DNA of 57,793 nucleotides from a virus. Its lineage: Duplodnaviria > Caudoviricetes. Position 1 is the first letter of the stretch, and the number at the start of each line of letters is the position of its first letter. Shown here one piece after another: positions 35,075 through 41,848 of the stretch. Below the pieces are notes generated by a model. The model worked only from the letters and a program-made list of their open reading frames with translations, had not been told where the DNA came from and made no database searches. The stretch covers positions 1 to 57,793 of the IMG/VR virus record IMGVR_UViG_3300020043_007152; one strand, given 5' to 3'. The position numbers were made by a program, and so were the translations under genes.

Positions 35075-35149
35075 AACTAGTTGTTCAGCGACAAAACTGT
35101 TCAGTATTACGCGGATTCCGAGGCAAAACAGACACACAGGCACCCCATG
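35075..35149 (-). repeat. attI-like site type A, copy 3
   Basis: Plus strand AACTAGTTGTTCAGCGACAAAACTGTTCAGTATTACGCGGATTCCGAGGCAAAACAGAC. Confidence 0.65.
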
Positions 35150-35997
35150 ACTCTCCAGACCCTCCACGACCTGTTATCCCGCTGCCCTCAGCCGAACACC
35201 ACCCCGCCCAGCCCTAACAGGGTGATGAGCGCATTCCGCAGAAAATCAGCAGGCACGTCGGCGATGTCAGCAATGGTGAGCATGAGGGAAAAAGAAAGTC
35301 GTTAGGCCCGGGGCAGTTTGATTCCGGCGAAGGCATAGAGCAGCGCCGTCGCCGCCGTGCGCCCCAGCCCCGTGCGCGACATCACCGCAGGCGTATAGAC
35401 CCACTGCACCGGCCGCACGATGCGGCCCGGGCTCACGATGAACGAGTGCCCGTTCGGATGTGGTGTGATCGTCGCGTCGAAGCGGAAACACAGTTGCTGA
35501 GGATTGTCTGGATGCGGCAGCCCTGCTGCGAAACTTGATTGTCCATAAGGCTTCGGTGCCTGATCAGGATTTTCTGGAAGGGGCTGTAGGCTGTCAGAAG
35601 TTCCTCGACAGGCTGCCGGGGGTATCCCCCGTGCTTGGGCGGCGATTTTGGCAAATCATGGAAAATTAGAGCGCGCCGGTAATCTCACGAATCTACCGGG
35701 CGCGCTTCTGGGCACGTTCCTTTGCCAGTGCTTCTTTGGCGTCGCGCAGACGCGCCCGCAGTTCGCCTGATTCCAAGATGGTTTCGGCATTGAATGCAGG
35801 GGCTTGATTGGTGGTGGCGTCCACGGCGCGCTTTGCCGTCCTAGATGGGTCTTTAGCTGGCATTCTACACCTTGCCCGCATTTCAAGGCATTCGCAACAG
35901 CGGCGTTTGCGTGTCGCAGGAAAGATTAGTGAGTCGTGCCGATTTTGCGCGTTGACATACTCTCCGGGATATTCCATGAGTCCTAAACTCAAGACTC

Positions 35998-36450
35998 ATG
36001 GACGCAAAAACCGCACTACTCGCCGAGCGCCAGCGCATCATCAAGGAACTCGCAGACCTTGATAGCGTGCTCGCATCGCGCTTTGGATGGACTGCCGACA
36101 AAAAGGCGGAACCACTAAGCGCCCCGCCCGCCGCTCCTGAGCGCGAGGAGGCAAAGCCTTTTGCTCTCGATTCAGTAAAAACGCCTGCAAGGAGGCGGAC
36201 GCCGCCGACTGACGCGGGGCGGGCCGAATCTATCGCCTATGCACGCGAGGCGGACGAATGGCTGGAAACGGTCAGCGGCCAGTTCAGCGTTGTACAGTTC
36301 CGCGAATGGCTGCGCGCCAAATACGGGGATGCTTTGAATGATGCTTCTATCAAAGGCCCGTTTCGCGCTCTCGAACGATCCGGCAAATTGAAGATTGTCA
36401 CGCCGGGGGCTGGTCGCCGCCCCACGGTCTATACCAAGCCAAATCAGTAA
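35998..36450 (+). CDS. Hypothetical protein, possible C-terminal winged helix
   Basis: 150-aa ORF ending LERSGKLKIV..GAGRRPTVY. Confidence 0.7.
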   Translation: MDAKTALLAERQRIIKELADLDSVLASRFGWTADKKAEPLSAPPAAPEREEAKPFALDSVKTPARRRTPPTDAGRAESIAYAREADEWLETVSGQFSVVQFREWLRAKYGDALNDASIKGPFRALERSGKLKIVTPGAGRRPTVYTKPNQ

Positions 36451-36602
36451 TTTCTTCCAACCTCACCCAACATGACCGCATTATTAGTCCACGGGGGCCG
36501 GTTCAGCCGATGCCTGTCGCCGTAAAAAGAAAACCCGGCGCTGACTTCCGAACTTTAGCGAGGAAGGAGTCAGCGCCGGGCAAGGCAGTTCAAGAACAAC
36601 AT

Positions 36603-36674
36603 GCGCTCGTAGTGTAACGGAAAACATCCGACCGTCGTAAGTCCGGGATGCGGGTTCGATTCCTGCCGGGCGCG
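36603..36674 (+). tRNA. tRNA-like gene, possibly Thr(CGT), with defective anticodon stem (pseudo-tRNA)
   Basis: Acceptor GCGCTCG/CGGGCGC; D stem GTGT/ACAT; T arm GCGGG-TTCGATT-CCTGC; loop TCGTAA. Confidence 0.55.
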
Positions 36675-36681
36675 CTTTTCT

Positions 36682-36909
36682 TCAAAGAACTCCAAGAGCT
36701 TTATCGGGTTCTCCGCTGTTTTCAAGTGGAATCCGACTGGCCCACTGCAACAATAGCGCATCCACGGTGCCGCTCAAGTTGCTGGTCCGTTTGCGGGCAA
36801 GCGTCACGGTAGTTGACGACAGCGTAAGCGTGACGCGCTCTTTCCCCTGAGGCTTTCGCCCCGCTCCTTCGCGACGACCGCCGCGCGCAGGTTTGGTAAG
36901 TGGGTTCAT
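36682..36909 (-). CDS. Small putative RHH/antitoxin-like DNA-binding protein
   Basis: RGGRREGAGRK...VTLTL...NLSGTVDALL; divergent from the transposase. Confidence 0.6.
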   Translation of the reverse strand: MNPLTKPARGGRREGAGRKPQGKERVTLTLSSTTVTLARKRTSNLSGTVDALLLQWASRIPLENSGEPDKALGVL

Positions 36910-36988
36910 TTGAAAAGATATGCAGTAAATCAGTTGACTTTGCGGGTTGTTTGATACAGTATGCACTGAATCGAATCCGTCAACACAA

Positions 36989-37891
36989 ATGAGCGCACCA
37001 CTTTCCAAAGAGAAGAAGGCTTTAGTTCTTGCGATGCTGTCAGAAGGAACCGCTATCAACGCGGTTTGTCGCGTGCTGCATGTTGGCGTGGTGCAAGTGC
37101 TGCGGCTTATTCTGGACGCCGGGGCCGCGGCTCGCGAGTGGCACACTGAGCATGTCCGCAACCTGACGTGCGAATACATCGCGGCGGATGAGGTTTGGAG
37201 CTACATCGGCGAGCATGAAGCAAGGCTCCCAAAGGGCAACGTGAAGGACAAGGAGAACTGGCGCGGTGATTGCTGGCTACTTTCTTCCTCCTGCTCTGTG
37301 AGTAAGTTGGTGATCGCATGGCGTAGCGGTGAGCGCACGGAAGAAACCGTCTCGCATCTTTTCTCGGACGTTCTGGACTGTGTTCCGGGGCGCTTCCAGT
37401 TGACCACCGATTGCTTCGGAACCTTTATCAAGCTGATGCGAAAGCTGCCGGAACGCGTTTCCTGTGCGACTGAGCTAAAAGTCTTTGGCGGCGCGAGCGA
37501 CCCCGGCAGCTTCAAGAAAGTGAACCGTTTACTGGGATGCGAGCGCCGCCCAATCAAGGGAACGCCTGAGATGAGTAAGGCAACAACCGCGTTCCAAGAA
37601 CGTCTGCACCTGACCTTTCGGCAGCAGATGCGCCGGTTTGGACGCCGCACCATTGGTTACTCCAAGACATACGCGCACCATACCGCTGCAATTAGTCTGT
37701 TCATCTTCATCTACAATTGGTGCCGTCGCAGTGAGGCCAAAGCCCTGAACGGGCAAACTCCCGCAATGGCCGCTGGCTTGGCAGACAAGCCGTTTAGTTT
37801 AGAACGGCTGGTGGAGATCACAGAAGCCTACCTCAAGAAACAAGAGGCGGCTAAATGGGAAGCGGCTTTCGCTGAGAAGTATAACCACTAG
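36989..37891 (+). mobile_element. IS1-family-like DDE transposase (element ends not identified)
   Basis: N-terminal HTH; DEVWSYIG, LTTD, ERLHLTFRQQMRRFGRRTIGYSK, YNWCR, TPAMAAGL. Confidence 0.85.
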
Positions 37892-37910
37892 AATTCACCG
37901 AAAGTGACGC

Positions 37911-37992
37911 CGGGAAAAGCGATGTGGGAATCCCCATAGCGCGCCCGGCCTGGTCCATGAGGCCGTCAGTTCGAGTCTGGCCGTCCCGACCA
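37911..37992 (+). pseudogene. Degenerate tRNA (Pro-like) with intact 3' half
   Basis: T arm GTCAG-TTCGAGT-CTGGC followed by CGTCCCG-A-CCA; 5' CGGGA can pair with TCCCG. Confidence 0.5.
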
Positions 37993-38033
37993 ACATTATA
38001 CGCGAAGGCGTATTTGCGGGCGGGGAGTTCGCG

Positions 38034-38157
38034 GGGTAACGGCCAAAGCTGAGCCGCAGCGGCAATAAACATCAACGACGAACAAAACGATCCCATGAAC
38101 GAAGCACTCGAAATCCCCCAGCCGACCACGCTGTCGGCTCCAGCGCCGTTGTTATCT
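38034..38157 (-). repeat. attC-like site
   Basis: Plus strand GGGTAAC..GCTGAGCCGCAGCG...CGCTGTCGGCTCCAGC..GTTATCT. Confidence 0.8.
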
Positions 38158-38307
38158 GAAATCGCTGAAGCGGTCGGAGCCATCGCGGAACTTCAGGGAA
38201 GGGCCACAGGACAGGGGCAGCACGTTGTCGCGGCCAAGTTACAGTGTGCCCGCGATGAACTGCGGTCGGCAGTGGGGTCATGGAACCACGGCATTTCAGA
38301 TAACTAG
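38095..38307 (+). CDS. Cassette gene, hypothetical
   Basis: Bounded by the perfect 12-bp pair GTTATCTGAAAT/ATTTCAGATAAC. Confidence 0.7.
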   Translation: MNEALEIPQPTTLSAPAPLLSEIAEAVGAIAELQGRATGQGQHVVAAKLQCARDELRSAVGSWNHGISDN

Positions 38308-38373
38308 TCGTTCACCAACACAATTGTTCACTATCACACAGATTCCGATGCAAAACAGACGCACAACGCTATG
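38302..38373 (-). repeat. attI-like site type A, copy 4
   Basis: Plus strand AACTAGTCGTTCACCAACACAATTGTTCACTATCACACAGATTCCGATGCAAAACAGAC. Confidence 0.7.
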
Positions 38374-38634
38374 ACAGAAACACTACAGAGACAGACGGCG
38401 GGCGATTGCCTGACGCGGCTTGTTCGCGGATCACTACCGGTTTTAATCGAAGCTCTATACGCAGCCTCCCAATTTGAGGAATCTTACGCTGACGCCCATA
38501 CGCTTAAGCCGTGGGAAATGACTGACGAACTCAAAAAGACCGCAGAAAAGGCGCGGGCAAAAGCAGGAAAATACCTAAAACTCAGGAAAGAACTAATATC
38601 CGCGAACGATAAACAGAAACACATCCATGAGTGA
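38371..38634 (+). CDS. Cassette gene, hypothetical
   Basis: Bounded by GTTCGCGGAT/ATCCGCGAAC. Confidence 0.7.
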   Translation: MTETLQRQTAGDCLTRLVRGSLPVLIEALYAASQFEESYADAHTLKPWEMTDELKKTAEKARAKAGKYLKLRKELISANDKQKHIHE

Positions 38635-38693
38635 ACTACCGAAGAACCAAGACCTGCCCGAGGCTGTTGCTGCCTGCATCTGATTTGTTCAGC
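38601..38693 (-). repeat. Degenerate attC-like site
   Basis: Both R boxes and one good L arm (CCTGCATCTG); the other arm is eroded. Confidence 0.5.
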
Positions 38694-38716
38694 CGCGCCC
38701 CAATTTACCAAACATT

Positions 38717-38905
38717 ATGAAAGTGAAATTCTACGTGGATTCAGGAGCAAATATCCACTCAAAACGCTCCCAAATACTCGATACAGTGAAAGACCTCGGA
38801 ATGCAGGAGGGCGAATGGGAATCCATGCCAGAAGATCAACGCTACGAATACGTTGACTCATGGGTATCAGAGAAGATCGAACAAGGATACGAGGAAGTTA
38901 GCTAA
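38717..38905 (+). CDS. Cassette gene, small acidic protein
   Basis: 62-aa ORF between attC-like sites. Confidence 0.7.
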   Translation: MKVKFYVDSGANIHSKRSQILDTVKDLGMQEGEWESMPEDQRYEYVDSWVSEKIEQGYEEVS

Positions 38906-39017
38906 CGACCAAGCGCAGCCGGCCCCGGAACCAACCTCAACCCCGCAAGAAAATGAATGATCTACCTGTAACGAACATCCCGGACTTGAAGGTGTCGGCT
39001 GACGCGACTGGTTCGCC
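38900..39017 (-). repeat. attC-like site
   Basis: Plus strand AGCTAAC..GCGCAGCCGGC...GTCGGCTGACGC..GTTCGCC. Confidence 0.75.
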
Positions 39018-39192
39018 GAAGCATGTCCATAAGCCGTGCGAATGGAAAAATGGCTTCTTTGGCTGGACATGCACGCACTGCAAGATGCTCGCCGAGACCG
39101 AGGACGAAACCTATGAAATCGAGGCAGCCTGTGAGCGCGTCGCTGCGGAGAACGCTCCGGGTGAGCGACGCGGCGAATTACCAATGACATGA
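38953..39192 (+). CDS. Cassette gene, hypothetical
   Basis: Bounded by GTTCGCCG/CGGAGAAC (1 mismatch). Confidence 0.65.
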   Translation: MNDLPVTNIPDLKVSADATGSPKHVHKPCEWKNGFFGWTCTHCKMLAETEDETYEIEAACERVAAENAPGERRGELPMT

Positions 39193-39252
39193 CTATGCCG
39201 AAAACCAAACGAAAACCGATGGCCCGCGTTCGCTCCAGCCGGATTGTTGTCT
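39147..39252 (-). repeat. attC-like site
   Basis: Plus strand GGAGAAC..TCCGGGTGAGCGACGCGG...CCGCGTTCGCTCCAGCCGGA..GTTGTCT. Confidence 0.8.
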
Positions 39253-39413
39253 GCGTTCGTTCGCGTGACGGATGGTGTGCGCTGCGAGATCAGCGTAAAA
39301 CCGCCTACAGCGATCATGTGCAAACCAGATGTGGAATGGTCGTAACGCTCCCGTGGGGAATAGGGCGACGACAACCTGACTGCCCCGACTGCAAGAAAGC
39401 AGACAACTACTGA
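39189..39413 (+). CDS. Cassette gene, Cys-rich protein
   Basis: Bounded by GTTGTCTGC/GCAGACAAC. Confidence 0.7.
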   Translation: MTMPKTKRKPMARVRSSRIVVCVRSRDGWCALRDQRKTAYSDHVQTRCGMVVTLPWGIGRRQPDCPDCKKADNY

Positions 39414-39442
39414 CTCGTCCGCACTTTGCGGAATATCACACC
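39405..39442 (-). repeat. attI-like site type B, copy 2
   Basis: Plus strand AACTACTGACTCGTCCGCACTTTGCGGAATATCACACC. Confidence 0.65.
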
Positions 39443-39486
39443 GCCAACTCACAAAAAGACCAACGAACAACCCAACCCAACACATT

Positions 39487-39834
39487 ATGCCTAAAAAGAA
39501 ATTCCAACCCGAAACCGAGACCGGCCTGCTGCTGCGTGTCATCGCCGACCAAGCCCGCGGGATTGCCCGCAAGATGGTCAACAAGTTCGCAGACGACGCG
39601 AAGGCGAGCAAAGCGCACCCGATGGCTGGGCCGACAGCGGCTGTAGTGTGCGCTGAAGCTGGCTACGTTGCCCTGATGCGTGAGAACCCTGAGACTGCGC
39701 ACCTGATCGCAGCTTGCGCGGAGGGGGAGTTGTCCCGGGTGATCACGAGCGTGCGCGGCGTCCAGACGGAACTCCAGCCGAAGCCTGAGCCCGTGGAGGA
39801 GCCACGGGTAATCATTGCCACCAAAATGCCATGA
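39487..39834 (+). CDS. Hypothetical protein
   Basis: Start of an overlapping gene chain. Confidence 0.7.
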   Translation: MPKKKFQPETETGLLLRVIADQARGIARKMVNKFADDAKASKAHPMAGPTAAVVCAEAGYVALMRENPETAHLIAACAEGELSRVITSVRGVQTELQPKPEPVEEPRVIIATKMP

Positions 39835-40097
39835 GCGCCAATACAAAACGCACGATGCTGCGGAGCCCCAACACAGCCCCGAAGGACCGAGTATTCCTTG
39901 CTGATTTCGGCTACCCGTGGCTCCTGCCCGCAATTTGGAACGGGCACAGCGAGCAGTGGGCAACCGTGACGCTGCAAGCCTGCGAAATGCGGGACGGCAC
40001 AATCGACAGGTATTATGAGCAGGAATATGAGGCTGAAAGCGACCTCCGCGGCTGGGTAGAAATGCCGAAAGTTCACCGTAAAAAGAAGAAGCCATGA
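39831..40097 (+). CDS. Hypothetical protein (DUF551-like)
   Basis: TAPKD...GWVEMP. Confidence 0.6.
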   Translation: MSANTKRTMLRSPNTAPKDRVFLADFGYPWLLPAIWNGHSEQWATVTLQACEMRDGTIDRYYEQEYEAESDLRGWVEMPKVHRKKKKP

Positions 40098-40414
40098 GCA
40101 CCGAAGAGCAAAACATCGTCATCGCCATTCTGGTGGCACTCGTTGTCGCGTTGGCGTTCATGCTACATGCCAGTGCGAAGCGCGGGGGCGAACTAAGGAG
40201 CGAACTGCTGGACGCAGGCAAAACAATAGTATCGCTCGGGAGAAGGGTCTATGACGGGGAGAAAGAACGCGACAAACTGAGGGCCGAGCGCTGGGGACAA
40301 GGTGTTGACCTATCCAAGTGCACGGACTGCGGAGGCTTCCGCGGGCATGGGCATGAGTGCCCGAAACCGCCGCTTGCCGAGACGCCGGAGCCGAGTAATG
40401 CCGCAGAATCTTAA
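40094..40414 (+). CDS. Membrane-anchored hypothetical protein
   Basis: N-terminal hydrophobic helix. Confidence 0.6.
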   Translation: MSTEEQNIVIAILVALVVALAFMLHASAKRGGELRSELLDAGKTIVSLGRRVYDGEKERDKLRAERWGQGVDLSKCTDCGGFRGHGHECPKPPLAETPEPSNAAES

Positions 40415-40433
40415 CCAACCCGCTCTGAACAAT

Positions 40434-40976
40434 ATGCCGAACCTGAAATCACTACTAGAAGGACCGATTATGGTCTTCGATGTTGAGTCCATAGGGCTGC
40501 ATGGCGAAGCCTTTGCGGTGGGGTTTGTTGTCATGGCGGAAGGCAAGGTAACCGACTGCGGTTATTTCGCCTGCCCGCGGGGATTGGCGGAGGGCGCGGA
40601 AAGCGACCGCGAGTGGGTGGATGAAAACATTCCAAAGCTCGATGTGAACTCGCCTGATCCTTTCACGGTGAGAGAAAAGTTTTGGCGGAAGTGGGCGGAA
40701 TGGAGGGACATGGGCGCGCTTCTCGCAGCGGAGTGCGCTTGGCCGGTAGAGAGCCGGTTTCTGAATGCGTGCGTGGATGCGCTGCCTAACGAACGCCGGT
40801 TTGGCGGTCCGTACCCAATGATAGAAATCTCAACGCTGATGATGGCGGCGGGCATGGACCCGATGGCGAATTATGTGCGGAACAAATACGAGCAGCCAAA
40901 GCACTGTCCATTGGCCGACGCCCGTCAGTCCGCGCGACTGATGTTCAAGGCGGCTCAAAAACTCAACGCTCAATAA
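40434..40976 (+). CDS. DEDDh 3'-5' exonuclease-like protein
   Basis: MVFDVESIGL...KHCPLADARQS. Confidence 0.8.
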   Translation: MPNLKSLLEGPIMVFDVESIGLHGEAFAVGFVVMAEGKVTDCGYFACPRGLAEGAESDREWVDENIPKLDVNSPDPFTVREKFWRKWAEWRDMGALLAAECAWPVESRFLNACVDALPNERRFGGPYPMIEISTLMMAAGMDPMANYVRNKYEQPKHCPLADARQSARLMFKAAQKLNAQ

Positions 40977-40978
40977 TC

Positions 40979-41470
40979 ATGCCGAATCTGAACAAAGTCA
41001 TGCTCATGGGGAACCTCACCCGAGACCCGGAGCCGAGATACACGCCGAAGGGCGTTGCCATTGCCGAAATCGGCCTGGCCATAAACCGCCGATGGAAGAC
41101 CGAGGGGGGCGAAGTGAAGGAGGAAGTCACATTCGTTGACGTGACCTTTTGGGGCAAGCAGGCGGAGACGATCAACACCTATTGCAAGAAGGGCCACCCA
41201 ATCTATGTCGAGGGCAGGCTGCACCTTGATTCATGGGACGACAAGGATACGGGCAAGAAGCAGTATCGGCTGAGGGTCGTAGGCGAGGGCTTTCAGTTCC
41301 TGCCGACTGGCGACAAGTCCGAGAAGCCCGAGAAGTCCGCGAAGTCCGAGCGCGGAGAACAGCAGCAAGCGCCCGCGCCGAGATCACAAGCGCCCGTCCG
41401 CAAGCAAGAGGGCAGACCGCTGTCGTCACTATCACAGGATGGCTTTGATGATGACGAGATTCCTTTCTGA
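40979..41470 (+). CDS. ssb: Single-stranded DNA-binding protein
   Basis: NKVMLMGNLTRDPE...VEGRL...DDDEIPF. Confidence 0.97.
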   Translation: MPNLNKVMLMGNLTRDPEPRYTPKGVAIAEIGLAINRRWKTEGGEVKEEVTFVDVTFWGKQAETINTYCKKGHPIYVEGRLHLDSWDDKDTGKKQYRLRVVGEGFQFLPTGDKSEKPEKSAKSERGEQQQAPAPRSQAPVRKQEGRPLSSLSQDGFDDDEIPF

Positions 41471-41482
41471 CCACACACTACC

Positions 41483-41848
41483 ATGAACAAACTTCACCAA
41501 CTACCAAGCGGGGACTGGATAGACCTGTCATGCGTTCGCGTTATCACCGCCGAAGAGGCTTATACGCTTGCTGGAACATCCCTGGTTGCATTCAAAGACC
41601 GGGTGATTATCCGGTCCGGCGTAGATCGAGAGGGGATTTACTGGCGCGATGTAGTCGTGCCTTTCGACACCTACAAGGAAGCCCGCGGCTCGGTGACGGG
41701 CTTATATTCTCCGCACACGCAGCACTTGGCGGTATGCCAGCAAGCATCGCCGCATTTCCGCCTGCCGTGCTTTATTATGCCGCCGACGCAGGTTGAGCCT
41801 GAGCCGCCAGCGCCATCTGTTGCTCCTGCATCTGCTTGTCCGCAATGA
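41483..41848 (+). CDS. Hypothetical protein (3' end overlaps portal)
   Basis: ORF track; C-terminal part doubtful. Confidence 0.45.
   Translation: MNKLHQLPSGDWIDLSCVRVITAEEAYTLAGTSLVAFKDRVIIRSGVDREGIYWRDVVVPFDTYKEARGSVTGLYSPHTQHLAVCQQASPHFRLPCFIMPPTQVEPEPPAPSVAPASACPQ

Noticed and set aside
33507-35077. Cassette bounded by GTTATGCG/CGCATAAC
   Set aside because: 8-bp complement exists but no attC arms are visible near 33507; left uncalled
35212-35307. CCCTAAC...GTTAGGC as an attC
   Set aside because: No complementary L arms between the cores
36895-36916. IS terminal inverted repeat (GGTAAGTGGGTTCATTTGAAA)
   Set aside because: No partner found after the transposase, and it overlaps the start of a small gene
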